Counted from the first letter of the whole stretch, positions 12,311 to 25,000 are shown. The stretch is DNA of 63,580 nt, filler included, from Octopus bimaculoides (GCF_001194135.2; 3 parts of 3 records of this genome joined end to end with filler, not necessarily neighbours in it); one strand, 5' to 3'. Notes: generated by a model from the sequence alone, not told the origin. Translations and numbers: made by a program.

Positions 12311-13671
12311 AATTGTGAATATATATACATATTTATATATATATGTGTGTGTGTGTGTGTGTNNNNNNNNNNNNNNNNNNNNNNNNNNNNNNNNNNNNNN
12401 NNNNNNNNNNNNNNNNNNNNNNNNNNNNNNNNNNNNNNNNNNNNNNNNNNNNNNNNNNNNNNNNNNNNNNNNNNNNNNNNNNNNNNNNNNNNNNNNNNNN
12501 NNNNNNNNNNNNNNNNNNNNNNNNNNNNNNNNNNNNNNNNNNNNNNNNNNNNNNNNNNNNNNNNNNNNNNNNNNNNNNNNNNNNNNNNNNNNNNNNNNNN
12601 NNNNNNNNNNNNNNNNNNNNNNNNNNNNNNNNNNNNNNNNNNNNNNNNNNNNNNNNNNNNNNNNNNNNNNNNNNNNNNNNNNNNNNNNNNNNNNNNNNNN
12701 NNNNNNNNNNNNNNNNNNNNNNNNNNNNNNNNNNNNNNNNNNNNNNNNNNNNNNNNNNNNNNNNNNNNNNNNNNNNNNNNNNNNNNNNNNNNNNNNNNNN
12801 NNNNNNNNNNNNNNNNNNNNNNNNNNNNNNNNNNNNNNNNNNNNNNNNNNNNNNNNNNNNNNNNNNNNNNNNNNNNNNNNNNNNNNNNNNNNNNNNNNNN
12901 NNNNNNNNNNNNNNNNNNNNNNNNNNNNNNNNNNNNNNNNNNNNNNNNNNNNNNNNNNNNNNNNNNNNNNNNNNNNNNNNNNNNNNNNNNNNNNNNNNNN
13001 NNNNNNNNNNNNNNNNNNNNNNNNNNNNNNNNNNNNNNNNNNNNNNNNNNNNNNNNNNNNNNNNNNNNNNNNNNNNNNNNNNNNNNNNNNNNNNNNNNNN
13101 NNNNNNNNNNNNNNNNNNNNNNNNNNNNNNNNNNNNNNNNNNNNNNNNNNNNNNNNNNNNNNNNNNNNNNNNNNNNNNNNNNNNNNNNNNNNNNNNNNNN
13201 NATATATATATCAAATGGAAAATGTCGCTATCGTGATGAACACAATAATTACAACTTAATTGACATTGCAAGTTCAAATGTATCGCGATAGCAAACAAGG
13301 AGATCTCGTCGCGTGCAGCTGATTTAATTAATTTATAATTAATGACTAACACCTGTATGTATATATGTGTGTTTAGGTATGTGTGAGTGTGTCTGTATGT
13401 GCGTGTAGTAAGTAGATAGAAAGGCATGTATATATATGTGTGTACTTTTCTCTGTGAATGTCTATATAAATGTGGACAGCAGAACCGTCGTACTTGTCGC
13501 ATCTATTTCGAACTTAATTATCGCTCTTTACGCTAATACTTACTTTGTATCTCGTATCTTACGTGTACAATGAAATAATTGTTAATAATAAGAACGATGT
13601 AAGCGGCTTCAAAATATTAGAAATTGACGCTATAATATCGCCCCTGTCAAATGACAATAATAATAATAATA

Positions 13672-14135
13672 ATGTTTTCAAATTTTGACACAAGACCAGT
13701 AATTTCTGTGAAGGATTCTAAGTAAATTATATTGACTCCAGTGCTTAACTGGTACTTATTCTATTGACCCTAGAGGGGGATGAAACGAAACGTCGACCTC
13801 GATGGAAAATTTCAACTCAGAACGTAAATATGGTCGCGATGCCGCTAAGAATTATGCCCGACGTACAAAACGCTTCTGCCAGCTCGCCGCCTTAGATAAC
13901 AACAACAAGAACAACAACAACAACAATAATAATAATAATCCTTTCTAATATAAGCAAATAACCTGAAATTTGAGAGGAGAGATTAGTTGTATTCATCGAC
14001 CCCAGTGTTCACTTGGTAATGATTCTATCGACTCTGAAAGGTTGAAAAGCAAAGTCGGAATTTTTGAACTCACGGCATAAAGATGGACAAAATGCTGTTA
14101 AGCACTTAGTCCGGCAGGCAAATGATTCTGCCAGT
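13672..14135 (-). mobile_element. Two tandem copies of the dominant SINE separated by (AAC/AAT)n
   Basis: aactcagaacgtaaa...ctgccagctcgccgcctta (~13815-13895) and a second copy at ~13945-14135. Confidence 0.8.
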
Positions 14136-15396
14136 TGACAATTCTCGGATTTTGTAATACTAATAATTATAAATAACATGTAACATGCAAAATAACATAC
14201 TTATACTGATATATATTCAACAGCTTCCAACAAAGTTTGACTTATAAGAATAGAGTTAAAGTTGTGGGAGATGACTTTTAGACTTCGTGCCAAACAGTAG
14301 TATGGAAACCGGAACGACATAACTGTAAAGAGACCTTGTTTACCATTCAATAATGTAGAATATATGAAGTGCCAATCAACACATTTTTCTGCATTGCTAA
14401 ATGATGACCAATGTCAATATACATATTACCGTTAGCTTGTGATAAGAGAAGAGAAGATTTTATCCACATCGCATGCTATATTTCCCTCACAATACCGCCA
14501 TTTGATGCAATATATTCATATCTTTTCTTCTCGTTTTTTTAAAAAAATTTTTTAATCGTTGTTTCATGGCTTCAGGTATGAAAATAATTTTCAGATTACG
14601 CATCATGCCGATCTAAGCGGATATCAAATACCTGCAGAATAGAAGTGACATCACTAAATACTAGTCGCAGCATTTGCATATCGCTTCATTAAGAAAACAA
14701 ATCTTATCTATATGAATTTTAAAAATTTGACTCCAGACAAAGAAACGAAATGCATTCTAATCACAAAATAATGCTGAATTTTCAAAACGTTAATATAGTT
14801 TTATTTTTCTTAAAATGTCATTAGTTCAAATGTTATATATATACGTATATGTACATACACGTATATATCTCTATATACATTATATGTATTATATATAGAC
14901 GTGTATATAATGAAATTAGGTATTTCAAATCATTGTCACATTCAACATGTCAGGAATTAAATTTGATATTCATCCCCCAGTCCATGCTATTCTATACTTT
15001 ATCTGATGAATCTTCCGATGTAATAAATCATTTAAATTGAAACCAGGAGCGACATAACGAATTAAAATTACAAAGTCAATGATAAAATATGTAGAAATGT
15101 GTTGATGAAACGCAAAAACAAAACGAAAACTGAAAAATCCCAAACAGAGAAAATTATCCTTAAAACAATGTATTATCGAAAAAAGCATATTATAATGCCT
15201 GCATAACGTGCAAGATCTAAATAAAAATCTGAGAAGAAAAAATATCACAATTTGACATTCAGCTAAACAATCATGTATGCTGAAATATTAACTCAATCAA
15301 AGTAAATTACAATGAACTATTTGCATGTCAAAATTTGATACTTAAACTCGAAGGAGGTTTCTTGAGATATATTACTGCTGTTAACATTATTATCAC

Positions 15397-15444
<48 letters not shown>

Positions 15445-15779
15445 ATTAATAATAATTATTATTACTGTTATAAACATTAATATTAGTAATAATTTCACTG
15501 CTTGTCTCTCAATTTGTCATCTAAGCACCATTTATAACTGCCTGAATAAGAAGGAAAAAACTAAACAAACACAAAAGAAAAGAAAGTATATAACTGTGGG
15601 GGGGAGGGGGAGATGTGATGTATAGTATTATCATTTTTGAATTTGAGCGTGAGTTAAGTTAATTAGTGGAGAATCTTTTGAAGGAAACTGATACGCATGT
15701 CGATTGGTAGGAGTAATGTCCGAAGCAAAACCATCAGCTCTTCTTTCCGAGACGATGGTTCGCATTCAGGTAATAATGG

Positions 15780-16185
15780 TTTCCAAATTTGGCACAAGAC
15801 CAGCAATTTTAAGGAAGCGGGTAAGTCCGTTACATCGACTCTCCAGGGTTCAATTGATGCTTACTGTAATCACGCCGGAAGAATGATTGGCAAAGGTGAC
15901 CTTCGGCAAAATTTTGAACCCAGGACGTAAGGAGCTGGAAGAAATACCAACTTGTAATCGATTCTACGAACTCGCAGCCTTTCACATTCAAATAATAATG
16001 TCTTTTCAATTTTTGGCACTTTCAGAGCCAGGGTAGGTCGACTATGTCGACCTTAATGATCGAATGGTAATTATTTCATCAACTCCGAAAAGATGAAAGA
16101 CAATGTACATAAAGAGAGACGACGAAATACCGCTAAGCATTTTGCACGGTACGCTAACGATTCCGCTCGGTCGACGCCTTACATT
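15780..16185 (-). mobile_element. Two tandem copies of the dominant SINE
   Basis: Two reverse-oriented bodies, ending near 15980 and 16180, each followed on + by cattcaa(a/g)taataat. Confidence 0.75.
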
Positions 16186-16804
16186 CAAGTAATAATAACA
16201 TCCGTTTTTAACTAAGCATCGAGATTAGTTACTAAATGAATCTAGAGTATAATGATTCTAGCAATCTCAACAATCTAATATATTTAATTAAAGGTATATC
16301 TGTTTGGTAGTGAAAAAGGGGATTCCACAACGCGTGGCTTACAATAATCACATTACCATATCACTCTTTCGGCGTATAGAATAGTCGTATTGCGAAAAGA
16401 GCATATAAACCATGAAATACATTACTCACAGAACATTGGTGATAAGACGTAGAGAAGCCATTGTTTATATTCGTTTACTACGAAGTAGAACAGTGAAAGC
16501 AGGGAGAGATAAGCAGAAAGTCTGACTTGAACATACCTCACTATTTCTTTTTCCCATTCTACCTTTATTTTCCTCCATTGCCTCTTCTCTCTGTTGTATA
16601 TCTAATTTAATTTAATTTTTTCTTCAATTTAATTGTTTTTCCTCTCAATTAACATCCACCTTTATTTTCACTTAGTTGAAAAAGTCAAAAAGAGAGAAAC
16701 CGGGACTAACCGTTACAAAATGTATTTCATAATAAAATTACTTTAGATGCGAAAAGATACGAAGCGAGAAAATGAAACTTCTCGAACAGTTTGTCATTTA
16801 CCTT

Positions 16805-17033
16805 TCGTCTATTACTTGTTTCAGTGATTAGGCTGCCGGGGCGCCTCCTTGCAGAAGATTTTAGTTAAAGGAATCTACTCCTACACTTAGCCTTAACCGT
16901 TTTTAACTCTGGTATTTATTCTTTTGTACGATTTTGCCGAAATGTTAGGTTACGGGGACGTAAACAAACCCACATCTACTGTCAATCGGAGGTGGTAGAC
17001 AAACACTGACACACAGACTCACAAGCACACACT

Positions 17034-17035
<2 letters not shown>
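16805..17035. mobile_element. SINE-like repeat, third family (ttttgccgaa...gttacggggacgtaaac...acaaacac)
   Basis: Recognised from recollection of octopus repeat sequence; ends in a (CA)/(TA) microsatellite. Not verified by search. Confidence 0.5.
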
Positions 17036-17086
<51 letters not shown>

Positions 17087-17115
17087 ATGTATGTATGTAT
17101 ATATACATATATATN

Positions 17116-17214
17116 NNNNNNNNNNNNNNNNNNNNNNNNNNNNNNNNNNNNNNNNNNNTTAATTAATTAANNNNNNNNNNNNNNNNNNNNNNNNNNNNNN
17201 NNNNNNNNNNNNNN
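17116..17214. other. Assembly gap with TTAATTAATTAA spacer (also 45406-45504)
   Basis: Identical 12-mer between N runs at two places; it puts stops in all six frames. Other N gaps: 1351-1615, 4494-4503, 12363-13201, 35525-35571, 39100-39772, 51872-51883, 57206-57918, 58516-59393. Confidence 0.9.
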
Positions 17215-17360
17215 AAATTCCGCCGAGGTCGACTTTGCCTTTCATTCTTTCGGGGTCGATTAAATAAGTACCAGTTACACACTAGTGTCGATGTAATCGA
17301 CTTAATCCACTTGTTTGTCCCCTCTATGTTTAGCCCCTTGTAGCCAACAAAGAAATAAAT
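17215..17360 (+). mobile_element. Dominant SINE family 3' part (head lost in gap)
   Basis: aaattccgccgaggtcgactttgcctttcattctttcggggtcgattaaataagtaccag..., same tail as the copy at 47640. Confidence 0.85.
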
Positions 17361-18294
17361 ATATATGTTCAGTATACGAAAATTTAACCGGAAATAATTC
17401 GTAAGAATAAAGTTGCAATTATGTGTGTTGCTTTTAGAGATGCTTTAAAAAACATAATTAAATTTTTATCTTCAAATGGCTTGAAAACGGTGATAATAGT
17501 TTTTCCCCAAAAGGATAACTTTTTTACAATCTCTGTTTAGAGATTGAAAAAATCCTCTTCCGTTATTTTGTTTAACTAACATTAATTGTTCCAAATCTAT
17601 ATTTTATGTAATGCCTTTGCTTCGAGTCCATTAAAATTTGAATTTATAAGTTTTCTTTTAAAAGCTGTTTGAGCGCATGAACGATTATATGAATCAGGTC
17701 TGCAATTGATTATCGAAATTTCAAAAAGTTAGTGAAAGCAAACAAACAGGAAAATGTGTTGCAGAAAATGTAAAACAAAAGAAAAGTGTATTGTGTTTTC
17801 AAACGATCTGTTTAACAGTGAAGAAATGAGGCACAGCAATTAAACGACAATCCGATTTGCTTTTTGCTCAATTTATATCGATTCAACTGTATTATCTACG
17901 CTCGTGTTAAAGACAGCCTTTCATCTGCAATACTACAGTAGTGAAATGGCCAGGAAATTGATAAGGTGTATATATTTAGGAGGTGAGTTATTATTGTTTT
18001 ATTATTCGCACAATTTACTTTATCAAGTTATAGCGATTGTGGAGCATTATCTCAATCGATCATATAGTATCAACTGTAAAATTACCTGAGGGAGATAACG
18101 TATGCTGTTCAATAAAATGTAATATGCAGGAAAGCAAAATTGCGATATGATCGCAATTTTGAAATGAAATCATTTCTCCTGACTGTATTCTTGAGATAAG
18201 ACAGAAAAACACTGACCCACTTCCTTACCCTATATATTTTAGGCATGGTGGCTAGTGAAAAATAAGTTAACATAACCATTCTTCATTATTTACA

Positions 18295-18549
18295 TTATTT
18301 ACACTCGACGGATATTTGTTCTAATTTTCTTTGTTGTTAACACCACGTTTCGGCTGATATACCGTCCAGGCTTCTTCGGGTGTCTTGGGGAAATTTCGGA
18401 CCTGGGTTGTCATTCCTAAGGTATTTTTCGATGTTATTATTATTATTATTATCATTGTTATTATTATAATTGTTCAGGTGACTGCTTGGAATCGAACTCG
18501 GAATCTTGGGGTTAGTAGCCCGCGCTCTAAACCACTACGTCATATGCCC
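18295..18549 (-). mobile_element. tRNA-headed SINE with internal (AAT)n and a Penelope-like hammerhead-type tail
   Basis: Minus strand: gggcatatgacgtagtggtttagagcgcgggc (A box)...gagttcgattcc (B box)...(aat)n...ccgaagaagcctggacggtatatcagccgaaacg. Confidence 0.75.
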
Positions 18550-18694
18550 GTATTGAAAATCTTGTTGAACGTTGGGAAGAAGTTGTAAACAACAAAGGTG
18601 AATACATTATTGATTAATTAGTTGTTTTTCTTTATTAACCTTTTAAAGAAATTAAATTTAAAAAACCGGCGGGGACTTCGTTGCCAACCCAATA
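18550..18694 (+). mobile_element. Mariner 3' end fragment
   Basis: IENLVERWEEVVNNKGEYIID*, then a TIR-like end ...cttcgttgccaacccaa-TA. Confidence 0.85.
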
Positions 18695-19232
18695 TATATA
18701 TATTTATATATATCAAGATTTATTTTGGGTTCAGTAGAAATAGAATTCGGTCTGTGAAAACCACATCTGTTGTAAATAAAAAGGATGATTCGTTTCTAAA
18801 AAAATTATTAAAATTCCGTTTGTAGACGTATAGGAGTGACAATAAACAACGAAGTGACTATAAATGTGTTAGAAGTGTGTTATGACCATATGTTAGCTTC
18901 CTTTAATTTCTGTCGCATTTACTGTCAGTTTATTTTCTCTTCAGTGAAGTTATACGAGTTTAAACAGTTTAAGCTGTTAATGGAATATACTGAAATGTTG
19001 AAATGTTGTTTAATGTCATATATTATTTTTGTTCTATTTCAATAAAATCGCTTTTCCATTTTGGGTTTATTATTTGTGTATATACATTTGAAAAAACACA
19101 AATTCTACAATCTATGGAGAAGCTCCTAGTTCCTTAGGGCAATTTCTTGCGACATCAGAATTCTAATCCAAACATATTCCCCAGACCATTATAATAATAC
19201 TATAGATTCCGAGAAAAAATAAAGACGAAACG

Positions 19233-19900
19233 TACAGGGATCGGCTGAAAATTTCATAAGCTGACCAAGATTCTCATATGGAATGTAACCAAATGTGTCT
19301 TATTTTTCAACATAGTCCCCCTTGAAGCCTACACACTTCTTCCATCAGTGTTGCAGTGCTTGTATCCTAGTGGTGAATATGCTTTTATCAGTTAGTCACA
19401 AATGTCAACAGCAGATATAATATCATCGTCACTGCGATAACGTTTCAAGCACAATCGTTGTTTTTTTGCCTCGTTGGGGAACATATGATTGTCAGAAAGG
19501 GCACAATCAGGAGAATAGGAAGGGTGATCAACCAGTAAAGCCACAGTCACACACATCAGCCATTGAAACCAAAGACTTGTGTGCTAAAGCATTGTCTTGA
19601 TGAAACAAAACCACTGTCATCAGTTTTCCTGGCAATCTCGTCTTGATAGCCTTTTGTAACGGCTTTTCCTCTTGATAGCCTTTCGAAACTGCTTGAGCAA
19701 GATGGCATTTTTTCTCCATTGATAGTGTGCCCTTATGAAGTAAATAAATACAATACCTTTTACATCCCAAACAATTAAAGGCGTCACATTTCCTGCAGAT
19801 GAAACGACCTTGGCCTTCTTTGGAGCAGGTTAGTAGAGGTTTCTCCGTTGCATGTATTGTCATTAATCTCAAGCTCAACGTGATGAAACCAACGCGTATC
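19233..19900 (-). mobile_element. Mariner (DD34D-type) transposase remnant with 3' TIR
   Basis: VVLFHQDNALAHKSLVSMADVCDCGF and IQALQH*WKKCV motifs; TA-CAGGG... terminal repeat at 19233. Confidence 0.85.
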
Positions 19901-20099
19901 CTGGCTTAGAAAACGTTCGAGGAAAGTAAATGAACCAGCCTCAAAGATTGTCAGATTTTCCCGTTATGTGATCAGCCAAGTTCAATCCATTTTCAAGATA
20001 AGTTGCTACTAGTTACTTCTAGAATATTCTCTGAGTAGTCAGATGACCAGGAACGAAACAATACAATAATTAATAAGAAGCATGGAAATTAAAGCGTGC

Positions 20100-21900
20100 A
20101 AGATTTCACAGCTCCAGCGTCAGCCCTTCGTAGTCATTTCAGCGCACCCTCGTAATATAAATGCTCGAAAGAGAATGTATGGAAGGCAGCAGCTTAATAT
20201 TTCGGGCAGATCTCTTCAGAGAGAAAAGAAATATCAGCTAATGCACAAGGATAAAACATTTGAATGATAATGATAAGTAGAGTGAGGAAGTACTGCGTCG
20301 TTGTGTGAGTCGGAGATGGTATTTGTAATGAGAGTATTGTGAACTGACGAAAATTCTATGTATGTGTATACGTCATCAGTTTTATAAGAAAGAAAACTGA
20401 AAATATGAAGGTAACAGCAAGTAACGGTGATATTGTTAAATGAATGCAGTGTAGGAAGGATGGATAAATTTATGTAGGAATTGTTGAAGAAACAATTGAA
20501 GACAAGCAATTCATCCAATATTAGCGTCATAGCACCCATGCAATCGTTAATATGACAATTGTATTAGTTAGAGATAATCTCAGTAAACTAAGAAAGTATC
20601 TGAGCTTGGATGCATGCTAATGATAACTCTGTAAGGTGTTGATGGAGTCTATGGAAGTGGGAGAAAGATTTTAAAATACGAGTCATTTTAGTGTAGGACG
20701 GTGATGGTGCTAAATTGTAGGAAAAAAAGTCCATCGTAATAGGGAGGACGATATAACGAATTTACATCAGAGATGAATAAACATTTGAACATCTCTGGAG
20801 GTCAAAGAATGTGCTGACAAATTTAGGGGCCTGGCTATTCAACACGAGAAAACAAATGAGTGTAGATAAAGGCATCGGACCTGAGCTTATTGATAGCAAG
20901 TTGTCTGAGGTGAAATTCAGAGAGGAGTGACGATGAGTTTTTGTGATGTTTACTAATAAATCTTATGAAGAGACACGAGATGAGATGTGACGATGGCAGT
21001 GGTGGTGGGGTGGTACAAATGCATATGAAGTTATATGTGCTTCAGTTGTACAGGACACTTGTTTCTTTTATTTTTGGTTCTGGAATGCGCGATACTTGGA
21101 TAGCGTACCTCATAAATCGGAAATGTTTAACTGAAGGGGAATTCCTTACTAGTCAGGCTGAATGTGTTATATGCAACAATAGCATCGCTCTTGAGGATCG
21201 CTCCTGAGGTAGTGAAAATCATAGTTCCTGGAAAGTAACATTTTGTGGTTTGAGATGATTTTAAAATCAAACACACCCGAAATCTCGAGCATATTTCTTG
21301 ACGAATAGTGCAGTAGAGGTGGAACTGTTCTTTTTGTTGTGTGTGTGTCGAGATCTATTCTGTCAATAGAAAAACGTATCCCTTGTGTTTTATGTAAGAA
21401 ACGAGATCCGAACACATTTAATTAGCGATTGAGTGAATGGAATATAGTTGAAACCTTCTTCAGCATGAAGCGATCAAGACTGTAAATTGTAAATATTTTC
21501 GAAAACGGTAGCTTCATTGTTACTAAGAGATTGAGAGAGGAAATTATAGGGGACGTTAATGTACTTTGGTAGATTTATTGTTGTTGGGAAACACGTAAAG
21601 CAGATTACTTATGCTCTGTTTATGCGAAACAATAGTCATGGAACACGGAATGTGGAGAAATTGTGAAGAGGATAGTATGGCAATGGGTGAAAGATATATC
21701 ATTACTGAAGAATAATGTGAAAACATGATGTATAATAAACAATTATTTATCACCGTTTACGAGAATATGTAAGGTTGGAAATATATCGGAAACTACGGTG
21801 TAGTGTAAAAGAAAATAAATGTAATTTTAAATCGTGTATAAATGAAATTAAAGAAGGATATCATTAGTAGAGGGTGAAACGAAAGAAGATGCCACATCAT
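20100..21900 (-). mobile_element. Highly degraded Penelope-like retroelement (RT remnants plus 3' terminal motif)
   Basis: LFISDVNSLYRPPYYDGL resembles PLE LFTMDV.SLYT.IPH.DGL. GAMTLILDELLVFNCFF and SYKTDDVYTYIEFSSVH resemble GAT.....EL..FI.FV and YKPTDSHSYL..SSSHP. Terminal motifs at 20108-20220. The boundary above ~20850 is only inferred. Confidence 0.6.
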
Positions 21901-22414
21901 CCCGTGTCGTGAGTGTTAAGGGTTCTAGTTTCATGACTGGCCATGTAGCTGCAAAAGTTGAAGTAATATCATAATTAGGTTGTAATACATTAGAATTCGT
22001 GAAAGTAGTGATCAGGAAAGTGTAAAACAAAAATTTCATACAATGCAATGATTTTCATTTTCACATGAGTAAAGCTTACCTCGATGAAGGACCAAGAACA
22101 ACAAATGTAGCACACGGTATATGTACCTCAATTAAAAGTAGGTAACAAATAACGAATCTTGTGAAAAGATTTCTACTAAATCAAACGTATCGTTGACTGG
22201 TTTACATCATAAATTTAGTTTCATCTTATACAGGTTGAACATACAGGGAAAAAAACGAAAGAATATCGTTATTGAACCAGTTTCTATGAAGTTTGAACTG
22301 AAATACTGATTCCTTCCGTCATTTTATAGATATACATATGTATGTATGTATGTATGTAGATCATTATTCAGTTTTACTTCAAGATCTCTTGTCAATAGAG
22401 AAAGAGCCGGTTAC

Positions 22415-23010
22415 TAATCTAGGTCCGAGTCACCTTCATTGGAATTTCAACAGCATACCCTTCACAGTGGGAGTTAGTAATCCGGTTGTTGGTCCATGAT
22501 AAACTGCTTTGATAGTCAATGTTTGCATCATCTCGTAGCTTTCTACTAACGTGCCCATGCACGGTCGTCTGCTCACATATGCTCATCCTTTCTTCTGATG
22601 ATATGTTGCGGTAATCATGCGACTTATTTCGAAATATATTCAAGGTTATCAGACAAGAAATATTGATCAAGGAACTGCTTCCCAAGACTTATGATGTTAT
22701 CAGCCTCATGGATGCAGACTTGGTCAAGGAATGCGCTTCAACACATGGTGATATGATATGGCATTCAATGGCAGATTGGACCTCCCCACTTGTTTTCCCT
22801 TTAAGTACAGGTGGTCTATATCACTGTTGATGAGGAAATGTGTGCTTGCTAGTATCTTTCCAGTTTTCACATCAATGGCTCACATCTCATCAAGCGTGCG
22901 ATCTAGCATCCCGAATGTTGGTATGAGTACTGTCACTGCAAACAAATTGTAAGCCACTGTGTTATTGAATGTAAAGAATTCCGAGGTCCATATTTTCTTT
23001 ATTCAGCTGT
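22415..23010 (-). mobile_element. R4/Dong-type non-LTR retrotransposon, post-RT region, degraded
   Basis: IKKIWTSEFFTFNNTVAYNLFAVTVLIPTFGMLDRTLDEM*AIDVKTGKIL...INSDIDHLYL and HGHVSRKL...IDYQSSLSWT...SHCEGYA. Confidence 0.75.
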
Positions 23011-23599
23011 AATATTTTTCAGTGACACGTGTTGTGTTACAGGCGCCATTGTAAGGTGTTTTCATCCACTCCTATATACGTACAAACACATGTATGCATT
23101 ATGTATGTATGTATCATGTATGTATGTATGTATGTATGTATGTATGTATGTATATCTACAAGTGTGTGAACAAAGTACGTGTACGTGTGCGTGCGCGCGC
23201 GTGTTAGTCAATGTACATATTTTGTATTGTCGCTTGCACCAAGTCAGCTCCAATGTTGAGATAAATATTATCAAAAACGTTTTAGAAATTAAGATTCAAA
23301 TTCTTAATTCTCATTGCCTAGATGATATCCAGATTAAATTGTCTGGAGGCAAAAACATGGGAATTACAAAGTTTGTACGTTTTTATGTGGTATAAAATAT
23401 AAGGAATACAAATATTAATTATCAGAAAGTATTCATTTATAACCTCTAAAACAAAGTTGATGCTATAACCTTTGGTGATACCATGCCTGTATAAAAATAA
23501 AAATTCCTTATCATGGGTTCAGTCTACATTACCACTGTCACATAGCAAGTAGGATCCTTTAGCGTAGTTCGGTGTAGGATCCTGGCAATGGTTTATCGT

Positions 23600-24480
23600 G
23601 AGGTCATGGTTCAACAAAACCTCCTTTAGTTTCCTAGTTAGACCATAAATCTTACAGCTCTTCGAGCCCAACATGTCTCACAAATTTTTTGTCGAGGCTA
23701 TTTTCATTAATCAAACTTCACTCAGAAATGTGTTTGCGCATATTCCTATTGCATATCATCGTTATGGTTTCTTTGTCTTGCTTATAAGCAATTGAAAGTT
23801 TTCAATTACAATGTCACCCGTCTTTCTGTTATATCCTTCTAAATACATCTGTTACTATAACTACTTTCGGAATTAATGGAATCACCAATAACAATTCGAC
23901 CAAATGTTTTCCTGTATCGATGATATATATCTCAATATAACCTCTTACTGAAGTCATCTACCTTCGTAACCTGCGCAATTAAATGTAATTGTTTGGTTTC
24001 CATACTCATCTCATACTGATTACGACGGCGGAGAATGTGAAAAGTATGCTATTCTCAAATTTCTATATCAACTATATTCCTTCTTAAGAATCAAATTTGG
24101 CACACTTACAATGCAGACACAAGTCATCGTATTCTAAACACTATTCCACCCACATATTACAGACTCGAAAATATGGATCTTTAAGTCAGCTTCACCGATG
24201 TATGCCACATATTTAGTCAGAGCATGCTTAACTTGAAGCGTTAGATTTATGACTGAATCTATTTTCTTAGATACATAATTCATAACTCATACTCCAAAAA
24301 CTCACAGCTCCAAAAATTCTATTTCGCTAACTTACCATCATTCTATCACATATATGCTTCATACATACGTAATCAGAACACGGGACGATGATTCTACACT
24401 GAATACACAAAGAGGAGCATAGAAAATTGCATTAGATTGGTTACACCAAACTCCTCTCATTCGGTAATAAAACACACGAG
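23600..24480 (+). mobile_element. Very old CR1/L2-like LINE RT remnant
   Basis: Weak motif echoes only: FSCIDDIYL for F.DD, YASYIRNQ for LY..YVRP, LNTQRGA*KI for E.VQRRA.K. Confidence 0.4.
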
Positions 24481-24639
24481 GATTAGTAAATTGTAAATGC
24501 TATGAAATATGATATTGCCGAGAAAATAAATTAAAATACAAAAATGAAAATACGCTGCTAGCTACCGAGTAATCCTTTGAATGTAAGTAGTCACAATCAC
24601 TGATGAGTATTTCATTTCAGAGAGTGTTATTTTCCTTCA

Positions 24640-25000
24640 AGACAAAGCTCCCAACAAATGTTTACACCTCGCAATGCTCAGATTAGACCAACTTTAGATC
24701 ATGGCCCTCCCTTCTGTCAAGGTACTGTTCCAACGCACATATACATTCTATAACAATTCCGAAGAAAAAAACTCTCGATGACTTTGCTTTAAGTCACTAA
24801 GAAATGACCATTCGGCCACTGGCTCACAAATGTACCTTCTTCATCCGTTTTCCCTTCTGTTACATATTGTCCATCGATCCTCAGAATCATGGATTTCTGT
24901 ACGTAATCCATGCATCAGCCACATTATGTAAACACTCCATGTCTCAAAGTGACTTCCAAAACTACTTATTCGTTTCTCAGCCTTCTAAAATATATATCAG
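24640..25000 (+). mobile_element. L2/Crack/CR1-group LINE 3' fragment
   Basis: AQIRPTLDH and RPLAHKC resemble KAQIRP.LEY and QPLAHRR motifs. Confidence 0.5.

Noticed and set aside
17159-17170. TTAATTAATTAA islands between Ns (also 45449-45460)
   Set aside because: Identical six-frame-stop spacer, an assembly artefact rather than biology.
22075-22105. ctcgatgaaggaccaagaac as an inverted hammerhead or pLTR at the 5' end of the Penelope relic
   Set aside because: Too degenerate; no stem II can be drawn.
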